64,000 nt of DNA from Verrucomicrobiota bacterium (GCA_016871515.1 VHDE01000004.1:386-64385), one strand, 5' to 3'; positions 7,573 through 17,440 are shown, numbered from the stretch's first letter. The notes: generated from the sequence alone by a model not told the origin. Numbers and translations: made by a program.

Positions 7573-10500
7573 CTATTGAGGTCCCACTGGATTGGAAGTT
7601 GATTGCACTGCTATGACGCGGTAGTAACGCTGCTCAAATCTTTCCCGGGCCCGATCAGTAACCAGTCTTTTTGTGGTCGTGGCCACAAAAGTCGTTAGAT
7701 CAATCCATTCCCGCAAGTTCACTGAGACTTGAACCGAGTAGGAATTGCCCACAGATAGTCCCCGAACTTCAAGATCGGCGCCGGCATTCGCGAGCTTCAC
7801 AAGCTCGAGGAGCAATGCGTCCTCAATCGTAGTTACCACCGAGCTTATGTCGTTGTCTGCATTTGCGTCGGGAGACGCCGCTTGGACTCTCGCAACATTC
7901 GTCATCGTTCCTGATTGCGTTGGGATCGCGATGATTTCCATCTCGGCCACGGAAGCGCTGGACATTCGCCCCAACCGGAATCGAACAATCCCATTGGCAT
8001 GTTCAACGCGGCCCTGAGTGTATTTGGCTTCGACAAATCGCAGGTTCGGCGACAATTCGACCGTCGCTGCCACATTGGTGGCCTCGCATTCGCCTCGCGC
8101 GCTGACGCTGACAACAAAACTCGCCTGGCTGCCAAATATAATCCGATTGGTTGCCCCATCTAGATGGACCCTTAGGTCAAACTGCCGGCACTCGCCCGAA
8201 TTTGCACTGATCGTAATATTCACCGGCTGCGAAATCTCTATCGCCCCCGCATTATCTGTCGCTCGAGCCGTCAAGACGTACTCTCCGACGCCAAAGTTTT
8301 GTGTGACTGTGAACGGCCGGGACGTCGCGCTGCCAATCAGCACAGTGCCAGCATAAAAATCTACTCGTTCCACTGCACCATCCGGATCGCGAGCAACGGC
8401 CTCGATCAAGATGTCGCCTGGGAAAAGGGCCGCTTGGTTCGCCGGACTGGTGATCGTAATGTTGGGAGATAAATTGCGCGGAGTCTGCGGTGTTTGAACG
8501 ATGACTGTAAAATGTTTGCTGTCGCTTAGAGCAGGCGAACCGTTATCCGTGACCTGCACGGTGAACTGGTTCGCACTTGGGGCTTTCGCCGGCGTCCATG
8601 TGAACACTCCGGTCTTGGGGTCGATCGTTGCGCCTTCCGGCGCGTCAGTGGCCAAACTAAACGTCACTGTATTTTTCGGCAGGTCAGGATCGTTCACAAA
8701 AGCGCTGAACCTAAGCGTCTCACCAAGCATGATGTTCCAATCGGAAATCCCTGACAGCACCGGCGGAAGATTCACTTCATCGACCTCAACCGCGAAGTCC
8801 ATCGTGCTGCTTAGACTTGGTGCGCCGTCGTCGGTCACACGAACTGTGATGACGTGAGTGGCATGTCCCTGCCCTTCGCTCGGCGTCCAACTGAACCGGC
8901 CAGTAACCGGGTGGATGCTCGCTCCAGGCAGAGCGGTTTCGCTGAGACTGTACGTGAGCGTTTGCGCCGGCCGATCGACGTCGTCAGCTTGAACGAGGAA
9001 TTCGAGAGGCATTTCTTCGCTGATACGCCGCGGCGCAATCGCTTGAATGGTGGGCGGATCGTTTACCGGCGTCACAGTCAGCTCAAAGCTGCTGATGACC
9101 GCGAATCCGTGGGCATCCCGAACCATCAGGCTAATCGTTGCCGCTCCGAATTGATCCTGCGCCGGCGACAACGTAATCGTCCGGTCGGAACCATGGCCTC
9201 CAAGGACAATTCCGGCTTGGGGCAAAAGAGTGGGATTCAACGAGACTGCCGTGAGGACAAGGTTGGTGGCAGGCGTCTCCGGATCGCTCACTGTGAAAGC
9301 AATCGGCAGCGTCGTGGTATCCTCCGGCGTGCTGAGATTGGAAATGCGCGAGAGGCTCGGCACAGTGGAGTCGTCGTTCAGGATGGTTACGACCGCTTGG
9401 CGTTGCGCGATCCTGGCGTTGACCGCGTTCGTCAAATTCAGCAGAAGAGTCTCGTTTGGTTCTGCCAGCCGATCGCCCAAGATCGGCACGACAATCGCCT
9501 TATCCGTTTCGCCCGGATTGAAAAGCAATGTCCCGCTGCTTGGCAGATAATCACCGCGGGCACTTGCCGTCCCGTCTGCCGTGGAGAAATCAACGCGAAC
9601 AACTTGGCGGCTGCTCGAGCTCAAGCGCACGGCCAACACAGCATTTGTAACGCCGCTGTTGCCTTCCGGCGCCGCGGTGTTGGAAAGCAAAATGGTGGGT
9701 AACGGCGGGACGAAAACGGTGAATGTTTTGCTATCGCTTAGCGCCAGAGCACCGTTGTCTGTGACGCGAAGATTGAATCGGTTCGCGCTGGCAGCTTGGG
9801 CTGAAGTCGGAGTCCAAGTGAACACGCCCGTGTCAGGATCGATTTGCGCGCCTGCTACAACGCCGCCATCCAAACTGAATCTCAGCCTGTTGGCGGGGAT
9901 ATCCGGATCGGTACTCTTGGCGAGAAAGCTGAGAGTATCTCCCGCCGACACGGTTTGATTTTCGATGGCAGCCAGAATTGGCGGTTGATTAATCTCGTTA
10001 ACGATGACACGGAAACTCGACGTCGCGCTTAAGCTTGGCGTTCCACTGTCCGTCACAGTGACGGTGATCAAGTTAGTGCTCGGTCCTTGCGCTTCTGTCG
10101 GAGTCCACGAGAACAAGCCTGACGCATTCACTCTAGCGCCGGGAGGCGTTCCAGCCGCCAAGCTATAGGACAGTGTCTGATCGGGAGCATCCGGATCGCT
10201 GGCCTGAATGAGCAAGTTCAGCGACTCGTTTTCATTGATCTGCTGCTCGGAAGGCGCCTTGATGCTGGGCGCGCGGTTTGGCGGCAGGACATGTATGAGG
10301 ACGGGCTGCGAGGTTCGTCCGGCGCCACCGTTGTCCTTGGCCTTTGCTGTGATCGTGTAAGTCCCAATCGCGACGTTGCTCAACACCGCACTGTAAGGCC
10401 CGCGGGCGAGCCACGCCAATGGGTGCACATCGTTGACGTAAATCCCCACCAGCGCGACGCGCCCATCAGAGTCGCTGGCGGCCGCTGTTATTGGAATGTT

Positions 10501-11259
10501 CGATCCCACTGTAAACTTCGCGCCATTCACGGGGCTTGTGATGCCTACCGTCGGCGGCGCCGCCTTTCTGCCGTACTGCAAATGATCGATTTCCCAGTTC
10601 GTGCGGCCGGGCATCCCAATGCGGATTCGCGCGATCCCTCCCAAATCGATAACTCCGAAAAACCTGTCCTCTTCGGTTTCACCGGTTACGGTTTGGTCAC
10701 AATCGACAGATTCACGAAAGAGCCCGAGAGAGCGATTGTTGCTATCGAACGCCTCAATCGTAACCAGCGCTCGATTATCCAAAGGTGGATCGCCCACGTC
10801 CGTCCAAACAAATCCCACGTGCGTTGGCAAAGCGCCAAGAACCTCGGCATTGAACGCAAACTGTATCGTGTCCGATCCGGGCGGATAAGTTGCATAGGAC
10901 CGACCCCTTGTCCCCGAACCATCGACGGCGCCGTCGTCGCCATCCACACTGTCACTGTACTCCGGGGAGTAGGGCCCAGGCTTCACCCAGACTTCTCCGC
11001 CGGAAGCCAACACGCCTGGGGTATGAAGCGCGCCGCTTTCGAATGTTTCGAGATAGAAATAATAATATGTCGAATCAGCAAACGGATCGTAGAACTCGCG
11101 AAAGACCGTCGAGTCAATGAAGGGGCTGTCAGTCTTTTCACGGTACGGCGAAGGTTTGAGATACTGGGCGCTGCTGGCCAGCCGCGGGGCCGCCAGCAGG
11201 CACATTGTCAGCATCGCCATTAGTCGCCCGCTCCACATAATTCGTTTTGATTCGGGCAT
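7573..11259 (-). CDS. Giant secreted adhesin-like protein: cadherin-like (dystroglycan-type/He_PIG) x4, Ig-like, Calx-beta and DUF11-like domains
   Basis: Start moved to MPESKRIMWSGRLMAMLTMCLLAAPRLASSAQ (ATG at 11259; alternative 11238). The upstream 80 codons cross a repeat. Four ~95-aa repeats of the form N(Q/L/D/R)(P/A)P..DPD.P...L.(F/Y)SL.....GA.I....G.F(S/T)WTP....(A/G)....(V/I)T(D)(N/S/D)G.P.LS. Calx-beta: VDFSTADGTASARGDYLPSSGTLLFNPGETDKAIVVPILGD. C-terminal ..QRYYRVIAVQ. Confidence 0.85.
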   Translation of the reverse strand: MPESKRIMWSGRLMAMLTMCLLAAPRLASSAQYLKPSPYREKTDSPFIDSTVFREFYDPFADSTYYYFYLETFESGALHTPGVLASGGEVWVKPGPYSPEYSDSVDGDDGAVDGSGTRGRSYATYPPGSDTIQFAFNAEVLGALPTHVGFVWTDVGDPPLDNRALVTIEAFDSNNRSLGLFRESVDCDQTVTGETEEDRFFGVIDLGGIARIRIGMPGRTNWEIDHLQYGRKAAPPTVGITSPVNGAKFTVGSNIPITAAASDSDGRVALVGIYVNDVHPLAWLARGPYSAVLSNVAIGTYTITAKAKDNGGAGRTSQPVLIHVLPPNRAPSIKAPSEQQINENESLNLLIQASDPDAPDQTLSYSLAAGTPPGARVNASGLFSWTPTEAQGPSTNLITVTVTDSGTPSLSATSSFRVIVNEINQPPILAAIENQTVSAGDTLSFLAKSTDPDIPANRLRFSLDGGVVAGAQIDPDTGVFTWTPTSAQAASANRFNLRVTDNGALALSDSKTFTVFVPPLPTILLSNTAAPEGNSGVTNAVLAVRLSSSSRQVVRVDFSTADGTASARGDYLPSSGTLLFNPGETDKAIVVPILGDRLAEPNETLLLNLTNAVNARIAQRQAVVTILNDDSTVPSLSRISNLSTPEDTTTLPIAFTVSDPETPATNLVLTAVSLNPTLLPQAGIVLGGHGSDRTITLSPAQDQFGAATISLMVRDAHGFAVISSFELTVTPVNDPPTIQAIAPRRISEEMPLEFLVQADDVDRPAQTLTYSLSETALPGASIHPVTGRFSWTPSEGQGHATHVITVRVTDDGAPSLSSTMDFAVEVDEVNLPPVLSGISDWNIMLGETLRFSAFVNDPDLPKNTVTFSLATDAPEGATIDPKTGVFTWTPAKAPSANQFTVQVTDNGSPALSDSKHFTVIVQTPQTPRNLSPNITITSPANQAALFPGDILIEAVARDPDGAVERVDFYAGTVLIGSATSRPFTVTQNFGVGEYVLTARATDNAGAIEISQPVNITISANSGECRQFDLRVHLDGATNRIIFGSQASFVVSVSARGECEATNVAATVELSPNLRFVEAKYTQGRVEHANGIVRFRLGRMSSASVAEMEIIAIPTQSGTMTNVARVQAASPDANADNDISSVVTTIEDALLLELVKLANAGADLEVRGLSVGNSYSVQVSVNLREWIDLTTFVATTTKRLVTDRARERFEQRYYRVIAVQSTSNPVGPQ

Positions 11260-11329
11260 ACTCTGGCCAAGGGAATCAGAAGTTTCAAAGGTTTTGAGTG
11301 GGGTTGCGAACGGCTGGCTGCGATAAGAT

Positions 11330-11465
11330 AAAACTGTCGGCCAGGGAGTGCAGCGTTTACGCTGCAGCAACGCTGGAAGAGTCGAAGCTTTTCGAAGAGT
11401 TTCGAGCCGTCCGGCAATTTCACGTCTCTGCAGCGTAACGCTGCGGCCCTCTGACCGACAGTTTT
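11330..11465. repeat. 136-bp inverted-repeat element in the divergent promoter region
   Basis: AAAACTGTCGGCCAGGGAGTGCAGCGTTTACGCTGCAG ... CTGCAGCGTAACGCTGCGGCCCTCTGACCGACAGTTTT; each arm contains its own sub-palindrome. Confidence 0.8.
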
Positions 11466-11518
11466 GATCGCGCCTCCGAAGGCGCGTTTCTTGCGTCATC
11501 GTTGCTCAAGGACTATGG

Positions 11519-13027
11519 TTGGCGCCGCCAGTGAAAGAGCAAACCCCGAGCAATGGTTTGGTGAGAGCGAAGCAAATCAGCGTTTTGTTCGCTCTCGTTC
11601 TCGCGTCCTCTGGCGTAAATATTGCCGCGGCTGATTCCCCGGTACCTGCGCCACATTCTGCCAAAGAGATTTGGATCGGCTCCACGGCAGCGGCATTCGG
11701 AAGAGGCCAAAGCGCAACGGCGCCTTTAGATGGTTCAACCCGGGCGAAGGTCGACGAGATTCTCGAAGACCTGAGGATCGAATACGGAGATTACGGCGCT
11801 GGAGTGACAATTCACTTTCTTCCCGGAAGGTACGAAGTTGGTGGAATCGGGATCCGGCCGCGGTGGCAACTTCGCGGCGCTGGAATTGATCGCACGATTC
11901 TCAAACGCGTCGCGGCGCCGCGCGACTTCCTGCTCAAGAACCCGATTTTGCATGTCATCGAAGGAGGAGGGGGTCCGCAGCAAAAACCTCCGTTATCGGG
12001 CCCGCATTTGCCAGAGCGTGACTATGTTGGAATTCATATCTCCGGCATGACGCTCGATTGCAATTGGGACGGCTTAAAAGCAAGCATCGGTTCGCCTCTA
12101 AAGAAAGCCGGTGGACTTTCCGTTGTCTGCAAAGAAGGTGTGATCGAAAAAATCAAGGTGATCAACTTCGGCGCGCAAGGCGGCCGTCCATCCTGGCGTG
12201 AAGTCTTCCCCATTCATCTCAGATCGTCGTTAACAGATAACCTCGGAGCTCCCGGCTATGCGACTTCTCGCCTTCAGATTTTCGGATGTGAAGTGGTTGG
12301 TCCTGTGCGTGGGCCGAGCACTGGGATTGAGTGGCCCTACTGCACTGGGATCATGATCGGCCATCGTGAAACCGACCCAACTCTCGCCGAAGTGACGGCG
12401 ATCGTGAGAGGAAATGAGATTAGGGATGTGACTAACGGGCACGCTTTCGGAGGCGCTCATTTGAGGCAGGCTTTGTTCGAAAGCAATCGAGTTGTTAATT
12501 GCGGGTTGGGCTTCAACTTCGATACCGGCGGCAGCCGCAACGTAACGATTCGCGCCAACGACTTTGTCAATTGCATCGGTGGCGGCACATTGACGGACGC
12601 AACATCTTTCATCATTCAAAGCAATCGGTTCGAGATTCGCTACAACGCCACCGAATTACCCTGGTGGAACACAGGCGTGCGCCTTTGGAGCCACACACGC
12701 CAATGCACGGTCAGCGATAATACGTTCACGCTTGTTCCGGGCTATGAACCCACTCCGGCCGCTGAGACGTTTGGCATTCGCGTGCATGGAACGAATGTCG
12801 GCGTGCTCTGGACACAATCAACGAGCGGTGATTGGTCCCACTCACCGCAGCCGCACCGGATTGAGAACAATCATATCCACGCCGATTTGCCGAACCAGAT
12901 CGGTCCTCAGGACATCGGAAATTGGTTGTACGCTATTGTGGACGGGCGGGAAGTCGCCTTAAGTGGCCAGCCCGGCCAGGCGCAAGGCGCTGTCTTCTCT
13001 TGGCGCGGGAGCCTGTCCAACCCGTAG
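11519..13027 (+). CDS. Secreted right-handed parallel beta-helix repeat protein
   Basis: TTG start, signal-like ISVLFALVLASSGVNIAAA. Beta-helix-type repeats: NEIRDVTNGHAFGGAHLRQALFESNRVVNCGLGFNFDTGGSRNVTIRANDFVNCIGGG. Confidence 0.65.
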   Translation: MAPPVKEQTPSNGLVRAKQISVLFALVLASSGVNIAAADSPVPAPHSAKEIWIGSTAAAFGRGQSATAPLDGSTRAKVDEILEDLRIEYGDYGAGVTIHFLPGRYEVGGIGIRPRWQLRGAGIDRTILKRVAAPRDFLLKNPILHVIEGGGGPQQKPPLSGPHLPERDYVGIHISGMTLDCNWDGLKASIGSPLKKAGGLSVVCKEGVIEKIKVINFGAQGGRPSWREVFPIHLRSSLTDNLGAPGYATSRLQIFGCEVVGPVRGPSTGIEWPYCTGIMIGHRETDPTLAEVTAIVRGNEIRDVTNGHAFGGAHLRQALFESNRVVNCGLGFNFDTGGSRNVTIRANDFVNCIGGGTLTDATSFIIQSNRFEIRYNATELPWWNTGVRLWSHTRQCTVSDNTFTLVPGYEPTPAAETFGIRVHGTNVGVLWTQSTSGDWSHSPQPHRIENNHIHADLPNQIGPQDIGNWLYAIVDGREVALSGQPGQAQGAVFSWRGSLSNP

Positions 13028-13146
13028 CGCAGACTTTCCAGTCTGCGGGTTTGGGTGACTTTCCAGTCACCCGTCTTGGTTTCATACTGTTCGCTTGCGG
13101 GACAGGAATGTCCCGCGACCGGCAGACTGGAAAGTCTGCGCTACGG
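13022..13146. repeat. Family E long palindrome between convergent genes (probable bidirectional terminator)
   Basis: CCGTAGCGCAGACTTTCCAGTCTGC ... GCAGACTGGAAAGTCTGCGCTACGG, with inner hairpins (GGGTGACTTTCCAGTCACCC; GGGACAGGAATGTCCC). The stop codon of 11519..13027 lies in the left arm. Confidence 0.85.
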
Positions 13147-13179
13147 GCTAGCACATCGGATTCGCGGCACTTGTTCAAG

Positions 13180-14643
13180 TCAATCGCGCAGGCGAGCTCC
13201 CAACAGAATGGCTCCGGCGAGATTCTCCGCTGAAGGCAATGCCGCCAGGCGCAAATCCGCATAGCTCAAGTTCGCACCGCGGAGATCAGCATTGCGGAGA
13301 TTCGCTCTGTTGAGACGTGCGTTCCGCAGGTCAGCGGCGGCCAACTTCGCCGAAGCTAGTCCAGCCCCCGTCAAGTCGGCATACGTTAGGTCAGCTTCCG
13401 TGAGATCAGCCTGATCGAGATCGGCGCTGCGCATATCCGCGTGGCTGAGCGCTGCGCCTCGGAGATTGGCGAATGACAGCTTTGCGCGGCTGAGTTCGAC
13501 GCCACTCAATTCCATTTCGCTGAGGTCGGCCGCTTCCAAGTTAGGCGCCGCAGCACCATCCGTGATCACTTCAACGAGCAAACGAAAACTGTCCGTATCA
13601 GTTCGAAGGGTTCCGTCAGGCATGACCGTTCGATGAAAGATCGTTCCGATCGGAACGATCCATCGGACAAAATCCGTCCCTAGGAAAACAGCGTGAGAAA
13701 GATTGGCTCGATTCCAGGACGCTCCCGCCACGTTCGCTTGCGTGAAATCGGCGGCGGCGGCGTTGGCGCCGCTCAAATCCGCTTGCGACAGTTGCGCTCG
13801 GACCATTTTCGCCCCGCGCAGACGCGCCCGCACGAGGTTGGCGCCCGTCAAATCCGCGCCGGTCAAGTCCGCTCCGCTCAAATCCGACTCAGCCAAATCC
13901 GCGCTGGCGAGGTTCGCCTCTTGTAACATGGCATTACTCAAATCGGTCCTGCCAAGAGATGCGCGGGAAAGACCGGCTCCACGCAGATCACGGCGAAAAC
14001 CCTGGCTGACGGCCAGATCGCGAACCAACATCCATTTCGGCGCCATCAACGTGTCGCGCCCAATCTGGGTTTGATGCAGACTCGTTCGCGCAAGGCTGGC
14101 TCCGGACAAATCTGTTCCACGCAAATTAGCGCCGGTCAGATCCGCATGAAACAAATCGGTGTCTCGCAATTTCGCGCGGGAAAGATCGGTGTAAGCCAGA
14201 TTCGCGCGCCGCAACCACGCACGGCTTAAGTCGGTCCCAGAAAGGTTAGCGCCAGAAAGATCGGCGCCGCGCAAGTCTTTGTCCGCAAGGTTGAGTCCAG
14301 CGAGATCGAGTTTGCCAACGACCCGGAAAAACGTTCCGGCAGCGGTTGGTTGAACCCGCAACTTCAGCAATGCTTCGGAAGAACTCCAGCCCGCGTCCAG
14401 CCGCTGGCCCGATGATGTCCATTGAACCAGGTTGCTGCTTGTTTGCACTTCATAGACGGGTCCAGCTGCGAGCGTTCGCAACGGAGCGTTTTCGGGCGAG
14501 GCCCATAAAGGCTTCCAGGTGAGCTCGATTCCCAGTGAATCATGGCGAACGGTTAATTCCAATCCCGACTGCCCCCGACTTGCGGCTTCGACGGCAATCA
14601 GCAGGAAGGGCCAAACCACCGAAATTGGCTTTCGCAACATCAT
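13180..14643 (-). CDS. Exported pentapeptide-repeat protein
   Basis: Start moved to MMLRKPISVVWPFLLIAVEAASRGQ (ATG at 14643). A ~110-aa non-repeat N-domain is followed by long runs such as ADLSGANLSGTDLSRAWLRRANLAYTDLSRAKLRDTDLFHADLTGANLRGTDLSGASL. A ~55-aa non-repeat insert is followed by a second block, ANLRGAALSHADMRSADLDQADLTEADLTYADLTGAGL. Confidence 0.9.
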   Translation of the reverse strand: MMLRKPISVVWPFLLIAVEAASRGQSGLELTVRHDSLGIELTWKPLWASPENAPLRTLAAGPVYEVQTSSNLVQWTSSGQRLDAGWSSSEALLKLRVQPTAAGTFFRVVGKLDLAGLNLADKDLRGADLSGANLSGTDLSRAWLRRANLAYTDLSRAKLRDTDLFHADLTGANLRGTDLSGASLARTSLHQTQIGRDTLMAPKWMLVRDLAVSQGFRRDLRGAGLSRASLGRTDLSNAMLQEANLASADLAESDLSGADLTGADLTGANLVRARLRGAKMVRAQLSQADLSGANAAAADFTQANVAGASWNRANLSHAVFLGTDFVRWIVPIGTIFHRTVMPDGTLRTDTDSFRLLVEVITDGAAAPNLEAADLSEMELSGVELSRAKLSFANLRGAALSHADMRSADLDQADLTEADLTYADLTGAGLASAKLAAADLRNARLNRANLRNADLRGANLSYADLRLAALPSAENLAGAILLGARLRD

Positions 14644-14720
14644 CGTAAAACCGAAACGCAACCGCGTTTGGCTGTCTGGTCTCCATCGAAACATCTCGCG
14701 CCACACGCCGAGAATAGGCC

Positions 14721-14799
14721 AATAGGAGCGCGGATGCCCACATCCGCGTAATTCCGCTGTGACCGTTAAAGCGCGGATGTGGGCATCCGCGCTCCTATT
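14721..14799. repeat. Family B hairpin B1
   Basis: AATAGGAGCGCGGATGCCCACATCCGCG - loop - CGCGGATGTGGGCATCCGCGCTCCTATT. Abuts the stop codon of 14795..15460. Confidence 0.9.
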
Positions 14800-15460
14800 G
14801 TCGTATTGGCGTGTGCGAATGTTGTAGTTTTAATTTAGCTTGCTCCAGATCGACGACATCCGCAAACCGCGCTTGCAAGTCGAACAGCGTAAATTCGTGA
14901 AGAACCTCGCAGCGGTCCTGGACCGCCTCGCGGATGACGATTGGCTTCATTTGGCTGGATTTGGCGTCCGTCGCAGTCGCCCGCACGCAAGCGCTCGTCG
15001 AGCAACCCGTGATGAGCAACGTATCGATCCGGCGTCCGAGCAAATAGCCGACCAGCGCAGTGCCGGCGAAGGCACTGGCGTGTTCCTTGTAAATGATGTA
15101 TTCGCCCGGCAGAGGTTTCACGCGTTCGTCGATCTCACAAGCGCGCTGGTCCCATTGGCGGAATCGCGGCGAAAAATCGGCCGCCGACTTGATCTGAGTT
15201 TGAGGAAAGGGCGAGGTCGTATAGATGACCGGAATGCCTTTCGCACGGGCCAACGGCAACAGTTGCTGAATTGCGGTAATTGCGCCATCTAATCGGGACG
15301 ACCCGCCAGCGTAAGCAGGATCCGTCCAGCCATAGGCCATATCGATAACAATTAACGCCAGGCTCTCGCCAAAACCAAACTTCTCCTGAAAGATGCCGCG
15401 CTCTTTGTAATAGGCATCGACTTCGGCCATGCCCTTATGCAACGCGTCGATTGCTTTCAT
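14795..15460 (-). CDS. Isochorismatase-family cysteine hydrolase (N-carbamoylsarcosine-amidase-like)
   Basis: LALIVIDMAYGW (Asp), VIYTT, LLITGCSTSACVRATATDA (Cys), VIREAVQDR. Confidence 0.85.
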   Translation of the reverse strand: MKAIDALHKGMAEVDAYYKERGIFQEKFGFGESLALIVIDMAYGWTDPAYAGGSSRLDGAITAIQQLLPLARAKGIPVIYTTSPFPQTQIKSAADFSPRFRQWDQRACEIDERVKPLPGEYIIYKEHASAFAGTALVGYLLGRRIDTLLITGCSTSACVRATATDAKSSQMKPIVIREAVQDRCEVLHEFTLFDLQARFADVVDLEQAKLKLQHSHTPIRQ

Positions 15461-15469
15461 GTCTGATAT

Positions 15470-16936
15470 TTACGGTTCTTGGCTCGGATTATTCGAACCG
15501 AAACAGAAGATGGTTCCTTGATGATTGCCGACATACAAACAGCCGTCGGCAATAATCGGCGAACAGACGCCATCGCCGCCAATCGGATAGGACCAGATCA
15601 CTTCACGCGCGGAAATCGTGCCGTCGCCGTCCGGATCCGTCTCAGGCAACGCGATTACCTTCCCTTCAATACTGCAGAAAAAGACCTTCCCATCCGCGAT
15701 CGCTGGCGAACTCAGAATCCCGCGCGGTTGCGTGTACTTGGCTCTGGGACTGCTCGGATAAACCCACGTCTTCTTGCCATTTGTCGCATTGAGACATGTC
15801 AGCATTCCATTGGCGCATCCGAAATAAAGGCGTCCCTGATGGATCGAAGGTGAGGAATAAACGTAATCCTTGGTGTCAAACGACCAGACCAAATCGGCGT
15901 TGCCATCGCGATCATCAGCAACGCCATCGTCCGTCCCGTCCAGAAACCCATCCACGTCGAGACAATAAAGTCGATACTGATGGTTCCCGCCGATCCAGTC
16001 GCCGCTGTTGGCGATGAAGACGCGGTCGCCATCAATCACGGGCGACGTGAATGTGATGTCGTCGAGGTCAAAATCCCAAAGCACCTTTCCGCTCGCTTCG
16101 TTGAAGCAGTAAAGGCGTCCGCTGCCGGATTGATTGCCCGTCGCAGCGAAGACCCGTCCGTGGTCGAGCGCGGGCGATGAAGAAAAAGCATGCTGGCCGC
16201 GGTACGGCGTATATGTTTCCCAAATCGGCTCGCCTCCCTTGACGGCGTCGATGCAATAAAAATATTGGTCCACAGCGCCCAGGAAGAACTTTCCGGCGTT
16301 GATGGCTGGAGATCCGGCAATGACGTTATTGACCCCGCCTGTGCTCTTGCCAACACGAAAGCTCCAGCGGATTTCGTCCCTCGCGATTTCACCGTCCTCG
16401 TTTGGATCGAGAGTGGGAAGAGCGTAGATCACTTCGTAGCTCGCAAAATAAACAACGTTCCCGTGAACAGCGGGCGATGAAAAAATTGGCTGGCCCGTAT
16501 CCGTGAAGAAGGTCCAAAGATGTTTGCCGGTCCGCGCGTCCAGACAATAGAGATTGCCGTTGTTATTCCCGATATACAATTTGCCGCCAGCGACGCAGGG
16601 AGATGACCAAAACTTGGCCGCACGTGGAACCTTACTTTCCCAGCGGACGAACGCAGAATCGGGCGCCTTGGACGCGCTGTGTCCGGTGCGCTTGAGGTCA
16701 TGCCGAAACATCGGCCACCCTTCACCTGAGTTCGACGCCGACATGCTTTCGTTTCTCTCTTGAGCTGCGCAACAAAAGAGCAACTGCGCGAGGATCACGC
16801 CCCGTAAGCCAACGAAGCCCATATGCATTGGGCGCATCCTACACATTGCCAGCGCGAGCGCAAGCAGCGCGCCGGTCCAAGCATGAGGCGTGATCCAATA
16901 CCTGAGACGTGACGTGGGGGAACACTTTGCTTTCAT
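15470..16936 (-). CDS. PQQ-like beta-propeller repeat protein with EF-hand/dockerin-like Ca-binding loops
   Basis: Repeated (S)SP(A/S/V)..(G/D).(V/L)(Y/F)(F/I/V)(G/A) blades: WSSPCVAGGKLYIGN, FSSPAVHGNVVYFAS, GSPAINAGKFFLGA, SSPALDHGRVFAAT, TSPVIDGDRVFIAN, SSPSIHQGRLYFGC, SSPAIADGKVFFCS, CSPIIADGCLYVGN. Ca-binding loops: DPNEDGEIARDE, DPDGDGTISAREV. Start uncertain (internal Met candidates near 16828-16846). Confidence 0.75.
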   Translation of the reverse strand: MKAKCSPTSRLRYWITPHAWTGALLALALAMCRMRPMHMGFVGLRGVILAQLLFCCAAQERNESMSASNSGEGWPMFRHDLKRTGHSASKAPDSAFVRWESKVPRAAKFWSSPCVAGGKLYIGNNNGNLYCLDARTGKHLWTFFTDTGQPIFSSPAVHGNVVYFASYEVIYALPTLDPNEDGEIARDEIRWSFRVGKSTGGVNNVIAGSPAINAGKFFLGAVDQYFYCIDAVKGGEPIWETYTPYRGQHAFSSSPALDHGRVFAATGNQSGSGRLYCFNEASGKVLWDFDLDDITFTSPVIDGDRVFIANSGDWIGGNHQYRLYCLDVDGFLDGTDDGVADDRDGNADLVWSFDTKDYVYSSPSIHQGRLYFGCANGMLTCLNATNGKKTWVYPSSPRAKYTQPRGILSSPAIADGKVFFCSIEGKVIALPETDPDGDGTISAREVIWSYPIGGDGVCSPIIADGCLYVGNHQGTIFCFGSNNPSQEP

Positions 16937-17222
16937 AGGAGGTAGCTGGGCTGTGGCGCTGCACGGTTAACGGTATTGCCATTTTTCAAGAACGGCAGAG
17001 CTTCTCCAAAGCAGCCGAAGCATGCGGCGAATCGGTCTGCCCCGCGTGCAGGACCATGGTCCAAAGCGTTGTGGTGAACGCAGCGTCCTGCGGGTGTGGG
17101 TCAGACTGAGTCTTGGCTAATGGCTCAGTAAGAGCAACGCCGGGTCGAGCGGGACCGTACCTGAAGACTTGCCGGACGGCCAAGCATGAAGTTCGGCTTA
17201 GCGGTAGTTGCAGAGTTCTCCC

Positions 17223-17440
17223 CATGAACCGGGGCAATTTCAGGCCGCCAGGTTTTGGACTGCGCCAGTCCTCTGGCGCTTTTGGAAGGCAACGATCCAA
17301 AGCGGCAGAGGACTGCCGCAGTCCAAGACGCTGGCGCGACGTCGAATGCCCCAATCGGTTCATGGTCCCAATGCGCGCCCCAAAAGGCGTGGAGACTGCC
17401 CATGAACCGGCGTAACCGAACGCCGCCAGGTCTTGGAGAT
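17223..17440. repeat. Family D repeat composite D1
   Basis: GGCCGCCAGGTTTTGGACTGCGCCAGTCCTCTGGCGCTTTTGGAAGGCAACGATCCAAAGCGGCAGAGGACTGCCGCAGTCCAAGACGCT, flanked by CATGAACC / TTCATGGTCCCAATGCGCGCC modules. Second copy at 23703..23830. Confidence 0.9.

Noticed and set aside
13180-14706. 15-nt periodicity considered as a CRISPR array or tandem DNA repeat
   Set aside because: The periodicity is at codon level (pentapeptide repeats) inside one long ORF, with no repeat-spacer structure. No CRISPR array was seen anywhere in the window.
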